Positions 21,961 through 38,420 of a stretch of 64,000 nucleotides of DNA are shown piece after piece. Each line of letters starts with the position of its first letter. Positions within the stretch are counted from its first letter, which is position 1. The stretch spans positions 18,754,259 to 18,818,258 of the forward strand of contig OZ037767.1 in assembly GCA_964035545.1 (NCBI GenBank), written 5' to 3'. The notes beneath the pieces are model-generated. The model was not told the origin of the DNA, searched no databases, and saw only the letters and a program-made list of their open reading frames with translations. The translations under genes were made by a program, and so were the position numbers. Source of the stretch: Bugula neritina (taxonomy: Eukaryota; Animalia; Bryozoa).

Positions 21961-22101
21961 GATAAGAAATTTTCAGATATTCTGTTTCAATTTGCTGTGT
22001 CGGGTGCTTTTGACGTTTGAATGTTTCAAGTTGCTGTTTCTATCAGAATCAACACAAAATCTTACATATATATATATAGATATATAGATATATATATATA
22101 T

Positions 22102-22164
<63 letters not shown>

Positions 22165-22217
22165 TATACATATATATATATACATATATATACATATATA
22201 TATACATATATATACAT

Positions 22218-22271
<54 letters not shown>

Positions 22272-22280
22272 TCATTTTAT

Positions 22281-22327
22281 CGACTACAATATTGTTTTAT
22301 ATAGTGCAAGCTACAATCATCAGGTCG
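22281..22327 (-). ncRNA. Penelope-associated hammerhead motif (GAAA mutated to AAAA)
   Basis: CGAC-CTGATGA-T-TGTAG(CTTGCA)CTATA-T-AAAA-CAATATTG-TA-GTCG; palindromic stem III. Confidence 0.65.
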
Positions 22328-23062
22328 CTGTGTGTACGGTTGACTGATTTTGTTTTGGAATTAACATTGTTTGTGTATTGCTACGCTGGAATGTCTTAAC
22401 TAGCGTCTGTTAAATGCGCAAGTAAAGATCTACGTTTACGTTTGCACGTGCTGAAAAGCTCTTTGCGTTTGTTGAGGGAGGATAATTTCGGTTGTTTTGA
22501 AATTACATATTTCTCATGGCTGCATAAGTTACATCTGTTGGTTAGGTTTGAGTATGATTTACAATTTTTTAAAATATTCCATTTTAAGCTGAATTTCGCG
22601 TTGTTGTCTTTTAAATTCCAGATGCGTCTGCTGAGTCGTGTGTTGTTGGCTTTATCTGCATGTAGGAAAGAGGCTTTATGGTTATTGAATCTAGTTTTGA
22701 AGGTAGTTGAACAGAGTCCTATGTATGAATGACTGGGATTATTGTCATGTCTTGTCACAGTTGCTTGGTATATTATGTTTTTGTATAAAAGCATTTATCA
22801 TTTAATGGAGAGTGGGTAGGTTGTCTACAGCTACCTTGTGTGTCATTTAGTTTAGTAGTGGTGGTAGGGATGTGTGTAGTTTTAAGTTTGTGTTGGTTCG
22901 AGCCATCAATAATATTTTTCATGTTGGGCATGCATGAATAACTATTTTTTATGGTTTTCTTATTAAAAGTTTTACTTAGTTGGTTGAATGGTAAAAAGCA
23001 TTTGTCGATGATTTGAAAAAAATTTCTTCCCTATTTTGGTTTTTCCGTTGAACTAAAAGGTA

Positions 23063-24755
23063 CAGTGCTGTGAAAAAGTTTAAGGACGCTTGCAGAAATT
23101 TCTATTTATTTTGTTTTATAGGCATTTCTTGGAAGTTCTTAGTATTTTCCTGCAAGTTCTATATATCAAAATGACTCTTAGAATGTGCACTACAATTTCT
23201 ACTTTATAGATTTCTACTGCTGTAATGTTTTCTACCTATTTTTGGGCTAATTACACAAGCAGCTAGGAAAGCGCAACTTCTGTGTTTTTATGTTTCCAAA
23301 GTTTATCGCTTTTGATAACCACAAAAGGCTAAACAGTGAAATTTGACTTTGTGCATGGCATTATGATATCATAAAGTATGACTTTCTTCCATAATTTGAA
23401 ATCTGTCATTTAGTTGTGAGCTTTTACATTGTGTCCACTTAGGTGCTGCACATAGACAAAATGAGAGCTGTAAATCTTACTTCAAAAGCAAGGTTTGTCA
23501 TAATTTTCTTACATAACGAAGGTTATTCAATTAGGAAATTATCTGAAAAGGTTGGCGAAGCAAAGACAACTGTACATCAAATTATCAAGAAGTTCATGGC
23601 GACTGGCAGTGAAGCAGATCGACCTGAAATTGGACGACCAAGAATAAGCACACTCAGAGATGACAATGTTCTCATTAGGATCAGCAAGAAGGATCACCAT
23701 AAAACAAGTCCTGAGTTAGCAAAGAATGGTCAGAATCAACAGGAACAACAGCTTCGACATCCCTGATAAGGCGAAGATTGCTGAGCCATGGTCTATGTGG
23801 CTTCAAAACAAGAGGAAGCCTCTATTAACCAAAAAGTAGCAAAAAACCGGCTACGGTGGGCCAAGGAGCACAGTAGTTAGACAATGAATGTTTAGAAAGA
23901 AATAAATATTTCAGATGAATCCACATTTAATGTGAACAATCATGCTGGAAACTGTTTTGTTAAAAAATACCAGTATAAGGAATATAACCCCTAATGTATT
24001 CTTTGAACAATTAATCACCCTATCGGTGTTATGTTCTGGGGTTGTATATCATCAAAAGGTGCAGGTCGACTCGGTAATTGCTTTGGAATGATGTTAATGT
24101 CCAAAAATATATAGAGAAGCTCAATTCTAAACTTCTTCCAATTATAAAAAACTTCTTTTTAAATGAAATTAACATATTTGAAAATGACAATGCACCATGT
24201 CATTGGGCAAAACTGTTAAAGAGTGGATGAAAAAGCAGAGGGTCTCAACGCTTAGCTGGCCAGCACAAAGCCAGGACTTAAACCCAATAAGAAATTCATG
24301 GTCAAGAATGACCAGAATTGTCTCTTCACAGAAGCCAACAACTAAGGTGACACTCATAGAGCCTGTAATTTATGCATAGCATCATGTCATGACTGAAAAC
24401 AAGTTGGAGAAGCTGTACGAGTCCATGCCTCGTCGCTGCCGACTTGTGATTGAGAATAAAGGCTGGCTAACAAAAAATTGATACTAAAATTTAAAGCACT
24501 GTGTGTTGCAATGCTGCTATAATGTGTATAACAAATCACATAAAATATTTTTCTATGTTTCAAGTAAAATATTCTGATGACCTACAGTACACACAAATTG
24601 TGAGAACATCGAATAATTCCCATATATGAATAGTATCTCATTGCTTCACCTAAACTTTGGAAGGAAGTGAAAAGAGACACTAATATTTTATATAAATGAG
24701 ATAAGGAGATCTTATGGAAAACAATGAGGCGTCCTTAAACTTTTTCACAGCACTG
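23063..24755 (+). mobile_element. Full-length but degenerate Tc1/mariner transposon
   Basis: Perfect 27-bp TIR CAGTGCTGTGAAAAAGTTTAAGGACGC with TA TSD; HTH ORF 23443-23766 and FSDES, DNAPCH, WPAQSQDLNPI motifs with stops and frameshifts. Confidence 0.95.
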
Positions 24756-25250
24756 TAGGTTGTACCACAATGTGTTTCTATTTCTATTTTTATTATTGTT
24801 GTTTGATTTAGGTGTCGGGTTATATTTTAATTTATTGTCATATTGACTGTTTGATAGTGCTTCTTGGTATGTTTAACTACCTTTAAAACCAGATTCAATA
24901 ACCATAAAGCCTCTTTCCTACATGCAGATAAAGCCAAGACCACACAACTCAGCAGACACATCTGGAATTTAAAAGGTAACACGAAATCCAGCCTAAAATA
25001 TAATATTTTAAAAATTTGTAACTCATACTCAAACCTAACCAACAGATGTAACTTATGCAGCTATGAGAAATATGTAATTTTAAAAACACCAGAATTATCC
25101 TCCCTCAACAAACGCAAAGAGCTTTCCAGCATGTGCAGACATAAACGTAGATTGTTACTTGCGCATTTAACAGACGCTAGTTAAGACATTCCAGCGTAGC
25201 AATACACAAAAAATGTTAATTCCAAAACAAAATTACTCAACTGTACAAAC

Positions 25251-25295
25251 GACTTGATGATCATAGCTTGTACTACGTGAAACAATATTGTAGTC
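25251..25295 (+). ncRNA. Penelope-associated hammerhead motif (CUGA mutated to UUGA)
   Basis: GAC-TTGATGA-T-CATAG(CTTGTA)CTACG-T-GAAA-CAATATTG-TA-GTC. Confidence 0.65.
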
Positions 25296-25345
25296 AATAA
25301 AATGAATATATAAGTTTATTTTTATATCCAAAATTATATCAGTAC

Positions 25346-25406
<61 letters not shown>

Positions 25407-25916
25407 CAAATTTTTTACGACTGTTTCCATGTGACATCTACAGTAAAAGTGACATTTGGCAAACTAATATAAATTTTAACTACTGTAAACAAATAAGCAA
25501 GGAAAAAAATATAATGACCAGCTACAGGTGTAAGGTATTTATATTATAGAAGTCAATATACACCAAAACTTTTTAAAGCTTCTGCTCGATTAGAAAAAAA
25601 GCTAAATAATTAAAATTTTGTTTAATTTCTCATAAAAAACCTTTCAGAAATTTCTTCTCCTTAGTTTTATTTTTTCGCGCCATAAAAACTAAATAAATTT
25701 TTAAAAAGTTTTCAGCTTTACTATCAAATAACAAAGTAGTTATTCTAGCAAAAAAGTCTTTTTCATTACTTAATGTTCTACATTTTGCTGAATATAATAA
25801 TCATTTGAAAACTAGTCATTTTGAGTAACATTAACTGTTAAATAATTTAATTTGATAAATATTAAAAAATCTTGATTTTATAAATATTGCAAATCGCAAG
25901 AAAAATTCCTGATTTA

Positions 25917-26205
25917 CCCCCTATAGACACTTTGCCACACCGTATACTGTAACAAAAAATGTCAGACATTTTCAATCTGACTGGGCTGACGCTCTCAAAA
26001 AGGGTACTATTTATGACATCCTATTGGATATTTATATCTAATGATTTGAAGTGAATATCTCCCTGCCCAATAGGAGCGTGGCACAATGTTTTTAATAAAG
26101 CAGTACTTGATCCCGGCGTACCGTCGTACAGGAAGCTCGGACATTTGTGAAAATGGCTGGCAGTTTTCGTTACAGCCTATGGTGTGGCAAGGTGTGTCTA
26201 TAAAG
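25917..26205. mobile_element. PIF/Harbinger-type MITE related to 18790-19089
   Basis: Inverted ends CTATAGACAC.TTGCCACACC / GGTGTGGCAAGGTGTGTCTATA, flanked by TTA; internal CAGGAAGCTCGGACATTTGT is shared in reverse with the 18790 copy. Confidence 0.7.
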
Positions 26206-27210
26206 TTACAGTTGTATTTTTCTTTTATATTCTAAACTAGATCATCATTCAGTTTTATGAGACTTAAGAAAAATGTTTCCTTTTCAATTCTGAACCATGC
26301 GCCCTTGGAGATGACCATGAAGATTGTGTGATCGGCTTGCAATGACACAACCTAAAACAAATATTTGCAGTTTATCAAGCAAACATGTATTAACTTATAA
26401 ATTTTATTATCTGAAGTTATTTTTGACACGAAGTTGTCTACCCAATGCTTGTCAAACATAACATCGGTTCCGGTGCAACAAAGCAATTAAGCAGAAATGA
26501 GAAGTCTTCTTCCCATTATTAGTATTTAGCATAAAAAAATTGACATGCTAGTAATAATAATTTTTTGACCAACACACATGCAAAAGAGATTTTGATGGGT
26601 TTTTCTTATTATAACCAGAAATATCAAATTGATTGAGTTGGTTGTGATGAAACTTTATATCAAACATTTAATGTTTGAGATAAAAGAATGTTTGGTGATC
26701 AATTAGACTTGATCAATTGATTTATTTATTGCATATCACAGACATGAACACACATTGCAAAATTTAGTGTAAATACTGGCTACAAAAAGTAGGTATGAAC
26801 AAAATAGAAAAAAAGTTCAGATTATTTAAAATAAAAGATTATTCAGAATATTTAGAAAGTGCTGTAAAAATTTATCTCTGCTCCATTCAAAACTGTTGGC
26901 TTACACAGCAAAAATAATTATATTTTATTGAGGTTCTTTTTTTGTCTTAGAACTGCTTAAAGGACACACCTGTTCAACAAATTAATGAAACTAGAGCAGA
27001 GTCTCTCCTAATTATTTTGTATAAACAGGTATTATATAATTAAAATTATCAACAAAGTAAGCTAAACAAAATTTTAATAATTTAAATGTTGTTTAATTTA
27101 ATTTGCAATGAGCTATAAAATAGAGCTGCATGCTCTCCATCAGACCAAATTAATTGACGTTTTAGGGCCAGTGGTGAAAAAAGAAACGATGAAGTGGTAA
27201 TAATAAAGTA

Positions 27211-28925
27211 CCGTAAAATGGGGTAACTTTAGCCACTTGGGGTAACTTTGGCCACTTTGGAAAAAATGTTTAAAATGTAGCTGGTGCTATATCTATGAAG
27301 TCTAAAGATATTTTAATTGTATATATGCACTGACTGCAGATTGGTGCATCCTATTCCTGAAAAATAATTGATATACTTATTTGCTGCTTCTTGCTGTCAG
27401 CCATTTTCAATTTCCTGTTTGACAACAAGATTTTCAGCGCTGTCCAACTTTAATCTATTTGAAGGCATTAGAAAAGCTCGACTCATTTTCTTTTTTGGAT
27501 TAAAGAACTTTGGTAAGTATTCAACCAGGATATTTGTAATTTAGGTAAATAAATTGAAATCCAAAATTAAAATATGTGTCTTAAATTCACTGTGTACAAT
27601 TTTTGACGAATTTGGGGTAACTTTGGCCATGACTAAATGGTACTCCAAAGTAGGTTTCTGGCAGCGCTGCGAATTTTCTGTTACTTCAGACACATAGTAC
27701 ATTACTCTCTAAAGGCACAATCATTTGATTCACCTATACCCAATGCTTTAGTTATATATTTGAAACAACTTAGAGTCCGAAATATGAAATAATTACATGG
27801 GGAATTTTGCATTTTTGTTCCCAGACAGCAATTTTGTGTTTGAATGTTTTTTTTTATACAAGAATTTGACCATGCATTGTAAAATGTATTTTTTAGGACA
27901 ATTATACTTAGAAAATATTAAAGAAAAGTAACATCTCCAAGATATGGTATATCTGAGGAGATCATTGGTTTTGCTTTATTCACAAGAATTGGCAGCTGGA
28001 AAGTCTTGACAAGAAGTGGCTAGAAATATGATATTACCAAAGGAACACTACAAAACAGAGCCGCATGAAGACACAAGCTGAAGCCTGGACGCCAAACTGT
28101 GTTAACACAAATAGAGGAGGTAGCCATTGTTGACCATACTACAAAGCTGGCTCAATGGGGCTTTCCATTAGATAAAACAGACTTTCGAATAATAGTCAAG
28201 ACCTATTTTGACAAATGTGAGAGAAGAGTGCAATATTTCAAAAGCAACTACCCTCAAGATCACTGGAGTCTCAGTTTTATGTCAAGACATAAAGATAACT
28301 TGTCTCACAGGTTGTGCCAAAACATAGCACCGGAATGGGCAACAGTTAATTCTGAAGACATTACGCATTATTTTAAAAATCTACAGACAACTGCCACAGC
28401 CTATAGTTTGAAAGGGCATACTTGAATTTTAGATTAAATTCAATGGAATTTGAACTTGTACAGTGATTTATTCAATGTTGCCAGCAAAATACATGATTTT
28501 TTATACATATACAAAAAATTTTACACTTAATAACAATGTACCTCGAATAGCTGTGGTTTCCATGCAATAATTACACTATTATAGCTTGCATTTTGTCTAA
28601 AATAATTTTTCTTGGTAGTAATGAAGTTGAATAATGTTGTTCTTTAGTTTCTAACTGGCTAAAAAAGCTCCAAGTGCTGCTAACTTTAGCTACATGGAGA
28701 ATAACGACACCGGCCAAAGTTACCCCGAAAATAGGGTAACTTTGGCCACCTACTTTTTTTAATACCACAGGAGATCTAGCAGTCCCAAACTGCAAATGGT
28801 TCTTTCATTTAGTGCATATGTTGATAAGCTTCATTTAGCATCCAAAAATTTTAAAGAATATTGTAATCCTTTCATATGACACCCAAAATATGTCTCAAAA
28901 CGGCCAATGTTACCCCATTTTACGG
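27211..28925 (+). mobile_element. Internally deleted pogo/Tigger-like transposon
   Basis: TIR CCGTAAAATGGGGTAAC(T/A)TT with TA TSD; internal GGGTAACTTTGGCCA repeats; CENP-B-type HTH ORF 28099-28425; DDE domain missing. Confidence 0.9.
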
Positions 28926-30399
28926 TATATTTATCTTTTTAAAATTAAAAGCTGCTAAAATGTGAAAAATAGCTAAAAACTAAGGATATATTGTGTGTAC
29001 TAAATTAAGTAAAGTGAGCCATATTTAAAACTTCATGGTACCCTTTAAAAAGTGGCCAACTCCTGTATATATCTACTTTTTTCAAGCAAAAACCGCTCAC
29101 TAAATAAAAAAATGTTACTTGCAGATTTGAAATCAGTAAAATGTTGGCCTCACAGAAATATATAGTAAGAAAGGTTAGAATTTATGTGCTTCACCTGCCC
29201 AATCCTGCATGGTGGTACCCCAACTATACTAATGCATTACTAGCACAAAATAAATAACTACTTTAAAAACCGTTGTAATCAATTTTGCTGAACTTAAACT
29301 TTTATAAGCATAATATATGCTTTGATGGCTTGTAGTTTTTAGTCTTCAATTGGTGCTTTTTATAAATCGTTTAATGGGCTATAGCGGTTAATTGGAAAAT
29401 TAGATTAATATGAAAAACGAAAATTTTGAAACAAAAAGTAACTGTTATAGATAGCTGCTTGTGTAAGTGAAAATCATTGCTTTCTAGCATATCTATTTCT
29501 TATTAAAGAATACATCAAGTTGATAAATACAGTGACATCTTTCTATACAGATGCAACTCTTCAAAATTCAATCATTAGTTATGAGTTTTAAGTTCTGATT
29601 ACAAATTGAAAGTCAAATTGTTTTTTCACTATTATTTGACATATATTAATCTTATTTGTCGTATCATGCATGAACTAAACAATTAAACATTGCTTCCCTA
29701 AGTGAATGTGCACTGGACACACAAAATTAAACAACTCCTACCCTCCAAGCTTGACAGGGAAAAATTGAATCAGCTAAGTTGGAAGCATCTCTATATATTG
29801 CTGGTACGATACACTTGGTGACCAGCTTTTCATTGCTGTTGTGCTTGTCTTGGTAGATTTCAAAATAAGGCCATCTTTCTGTGCCACTGCCAGCCACACT
29901 AAAGTGAACCTAAAACACATGATTTTGTGGAGTTGGTAATATGATAACATACATTTCACTGCGTAAACAACTCTTTATGTGGCCCTATGGTACATTTTAC
30001 TTGATGGACAACTCTTAAATAGAAAGTTTGTAGATTGACATTTTCAAAATTAAATAGGTTTAGATTGATCAAGACAACTATAAATTTTGTGGCTAGTTGG
30101 TGGTTTATGGTGGTTCATTTTTTAAATATGGGCAAGTGTTGGTAGAAATTGAGCACATCACAAAATAATATAAGTTTCTTAGCCAATTGCATAGCTGGTG
30201 AGAAATTTTAATAATATACATGTAATATATCCAGACACTTTCTTCATATCAGGCGATAGGGTATTTGTTACATGAGTTTTCTAAGAAATTCTGAAGTGGA
30301 AAATATAGCAAAATAGATTTTGGGGTTATCTTCTTTTTATATACTCAACCATAGTACTATTTTCACTGTTATTTTAGAGCTGTCTTTCCTTTCCTTTTC

Positions 30400-33770
<3,371 letters not shown>

Positions 33771-34377
33771 GTCATCTTTCTACTGAATCAGTAAATTCCT
33801 TGCTTCATATATTTATGTAAGATATAGTGCTCAGCTAATAACTCAAATAATTTTGAGGCTAGAACCAAAATTCAAAAGCCATTTTGTGAATCTTTTGCTA
33901 ATCTATTGGAACCTTTTCTAAAATTTTCATTTATCTAACTCGTTGCATTTTTATGCTCCAAAAACAGGCAAAATTTGCCCATTTTTGCATAAAATACCAT
34001 GGTCTCAGTGCCCAATGAATAATTCAATTCCTAATTAATATGTCTTTGCAATAATTGGGTTAGCAAGTTATAAGATATTTGTCTATTAGAGCCTTTTTAA
34101 AATTTGTGCATAACCTTAATAGAATTTGTGTAAACATGTAATTTATACACTGGTTTTATTAAAATTTTACTTCTCATTTAATCTGCATGCTTGACTAAAC
34201 ACGGTAGAGCTGCACTGCTATGCTAGCCATCAAAATGATTCATGTTGTTTGCACTAAACCAAAGATTTAAAGGTCATCTCTGCACTAAATTAATTACATA
34301 GTATATATGAGACTGGTTATTTGATGGTAGCCTAGTAGTCAGAATCTTTGTGGTTGCAATATTGTTGTACTGCGTAT

Positions 34378-35469
34378 CACTACATTTCCATTATCACATT
34401 ATGCGCATGGATTTTTTTCATTTACTCTATGGAAACAGTTGCATCAAAGCAAAATCGCAGCTGAAAATACAATGGAACGGCTTCTTTGTTGAAAAATTTT
34501 CTTTTTATTATGCGAATGATGGATATGGTTCCTTCGATTAAATTGAATGAAACCTATTGTGATTGAGGCAGAGATCAGCAATTGTGGCGGCTAGTTACAT
34601 AGTTACACAATGTAAATAATACATATAAGTTACAACTTACACTAAAATGTATTTCGTCTCATAACAATTTAAATTATTTTATTTATCTTAGATGCTATTT
34701 TTTAAAATAATTATTAATCATCTTAAATTTATAAAACTTTTCTGTTAGCCAAAGCATTCTAAGGCTAAAAATAAATTGAAATCTGTTTTCTTTTTAAAAA
34801 TATAAATTTTTCCTAAACTTTAGTTTGTCGATCACAAAATACTTTACACTTTCCTTGGTTCATGCACTTTTAAGTTAACATAAACTGACTCGAAGTTTGC
34901 GTATTTAATTAATTTAATCTATCAAAAACGGTGACAGAAGTTGTAATTAAAAATTGCCCTTGTGTACGAAAACTGATTTAAAGTTGACCATATTAATTAT
35001 CATTTTAGTTCAGCCGTCACAATTGCAAAGAGAAGATAACTTTATATGGGTTGCGTAGAAACGTGTGGTTTTCCTTCGATGTAATTCGTACAGGTGTGAT
35101 AAACTTGTGGGTCGAATGTAACTTAGTGCAAGAACAAGGAGGGTTGAAGTAGTAATGCTAAGAATCTTTATTGCAATAGTAAAGATAGGTCTTAACCAGG
35201 CGAGCTCCAGTGGTAGACTGAATCTCCACTGAAACTCGCCTGCTTTTATACACAAAGAACAAAGACATGCGTACACAAAAGATCCTTTGTGGTCCAAAAT
35301 TTGGTAACTCCGAACTTCGGCAGAGCCAAAACTCGAAAGGTTCGAATCTCGGACCACAAACTTCCAATATTGATTACACACAAGAAAAATAAAAGTAGGG
35401 AACGAGAGATATATAATTTTACCACACAGTTATCTGTACGGATTCATTCGCCTGCATGGAAACGCAGTG
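34378..35469. mobile_element. Non-autonomous CACTA/CACTG-type element carrying a solo-LTR-like insertion (~35117-35379)
   Basis: Termini CACTACATTTCCAT...ATGGAAACGCAGTG; collinear with the copy at 44814-45523 except for a ~340-bp insert containing a TGTAA...TTACA segment with TATAAAA and AATAAA on the minus strand. Confidence 0.65.
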
Positions 35470-35519
35470 TACAACTTTTGAAATGATAATGCAGATATTA
35501 TTTAAATAACTTAGAATGC

Positions 35520-35836
35520 AGCTGGGAGCAAGGAAACCTCCTGTCTGAAGTCCATTTAGACGCTGTCAACGCCCTTCATGCCAACCCCACTGTGTACTAG
35601 AATGTCAAGGAGCTGTCGTGAGATGCTACCCAACAGAGCTGTGGATGTATTCTGGGCCAAAAAGGTGGGAAGACGACCCAGCGACATGGAGAGGTTGGGT
35701 TCCAAAATTTATGTCGCTGCTGGGATTCTCTGCAGTTAAACTCTGATGAGTTGTTGTTGATCAGCCGCAAAATAGTTTTAGTGAACTCATTATCTTATGC
35801 AAGCATCTGATGAACAACGTACAACAACAATAAAAG
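35520..35836 (+). mobile_element. Possible 3' end of a restriction-like-endonuclease non-LTR retrotransposon (HERO-like)
   Basis: GC-richer island with frameshifted VKELS...WAKRWEDDP, CTGATGA motifs and an ACA-rich tail; a similar AAGCATCT(G/A)ATGAA tail occurs at ~18400. Confidence 0.3.
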
Positions 35837-35924
35837 CACTTAAGTAAGGGGATATAGATGTATGGGACACATGCTATATACAATATACAAGTCCCTTACA
35901 CTGCTATATATGCACTTTAAAGTA

Positions 35925-36160
35925 TATAGAATATATACAGGTTATACTCCTATTACCATCTACTATATATAGTATATATACAATATACAGGTTATATACT
36001 TACACTGCCATGTACTATATAGTATATACAGTATACAGGTTATACTTACACTGCCATGTACTATGTAGTATAGACATTGGCTGTACTTACACTACTATAT
36101 GTACTATATATAGTATATATACAGTATACAGGTTATACTTACACTGCCATGTACTATGTA
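35925..36160. repeat. ~45-bp minisatellite overlapping a TNF exon donor site
   Basis: About five copies of TATACAGGTTATACTTACACTGCCATGTACTAT... Confidence 0.85.
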
Positions 36161-37635
36161 GGTGCCAGCTTTTTTCACCATCAATTTCCCTATATCTTGC
36201 AGCAAGAAGTTATCCTCAGAGTGAGAAGTAAACATTCAAGGAGCTTTTGTGTAAAATCTATAAATTTTGTCATCTAAAATAACATGACTACCAAAATTTA
36301 ACTATAACCAAAATTAGCAATTAATTGACACATTCTTTTTCAGTTTCTGTTTTATAAATAAAATCATGTCACTACAAAATATGATATACTAAGGTAACTA
36401 GCTATTTAGTCTATCACATTGAATAGTCAGAGACATCATAGCTGTGCATGCTTGGGATCATCGCTCTCGACACTGGATGTGATACTTGCACTCTACAACT
36501 GGGTTCTTATAGATGGGATTGTTGTAATTTTAAAAAAAATGGTAACAAAGCTTGAAATTTGTTATACTGTTTTCTAAATAACACAACAAATACATAATAT
36601 ATTTTTGAAAGATATTGTGATTGTAAATCACCTTTAGTGTATCTCATTCTAGTCAAATGTGTATCATGTGTCCTGTTGCACAGCTCATCCCCGTTTTTGT
36701 TATGTAACAGCGGAAATCCTTCCAAACAAGTCTCTCTTATTCTGTTTTTATAAACACTTTCAAACTGTAGTTTTGGATCAGACGCTACAACAGATGAGAT
36801 CTATTGAGTTCTCATCACAAGTAAAAAGAAATAAAATATGCTGATACAGTTTAACCAAATTTAATAATAATCTACTCTCATATAGGGCTACTTGTTTAAT
36901 GTTATCGATAGTGAAAGTAAATATGTCAACTACTAATGAGTGTTTTGAACAAGTCAGTAGATTTACAACAATTGAAATGCTTTGAAAATATCAGTAGTAG
37001 AAAATACAAAAAAATGTTTGGCAAAACTCTCATAAACCCATACACATATACATATACTTGTATTTTGCAAGAAAAAAAGACCTCCAAAAACTGTTGATAG
37101 CTATTTATTGTGGTGAATTGCTACGTAAAATTTAATAATAATCAGCTGAGCTGCTACGCATATATGCAGATAAACAATCATACCACACACCAGGGTTATT
37201 ACATGCAACTCTACTTAGTTGCTCAAACTATAGAATTGTAAACTTTGAAGTGTTTACCATTATTGGCATCAAGAAAAGCAGGATCTGCATGAATGACAGC
37301 AATTCTGTGGTTGCCAATTCCTAAAATATATATACAAATAACTCATCAAAGTTGTGTGTTATCTGAGACCAGTTACTATATTAGTATAATTATGAAATAA
37401 GTTGATGTGATTTGTGACTAAAGTATATGATATGAAACAGCAGCTGTTTATAGCGCATTGTGATATAACTGTAGCTATGTACACAGATAGAAGTGAATAC
37501 TTCTTACCATGGTGCAACATGCTTAGGGTTTCTGTTTCAGTCTGGTGTATCTGGCGCTCATGGCGGGTGAGTATCTGTTTCTACAAGAAGTGACATAAAA
37601 TCTTACACCATACATACATGTATATGCATACATAG

Positions 37636-38276
<641 letters not shown>

Positions 38277-38281
38277 TATAT

Positions 38282-38387
<106 letters not shown>

Positions 38388-38420
38388 TTAAATATATCTT
38401 TACGAGCTAGCAATTTGATG

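Larger units (their letters stand above)
22270..25345. mobile_element. Penelope-like element remnant: two GIY-YIG 3' ends in inverted orientation between (TA)n tracts, with a Tc1 insertion
   Basis: ORFs 22396-22794(-) and 24864-25184(+) are near-identical GIY-YIG pieces (IIYQATV...YIGLCSTTFKTRFNNH...CNLC..EK). The minus copy continues across the Tc1 (RNTLWYN|PFSS). Confidence 0.9.

Noticed and set aside
35738-35785. Hammerhead at CTGATGA...AAAA
   Set aside because: GAAA is absent and the stems are poor; at most a decayed motif.
36236-36238. Selenocysteine or readthrough at the in-frame TGA
   Set aside because: Other lesions occur in the same gene and no SECIS was recognised; a TGG->TGA nonsense change is simpler.
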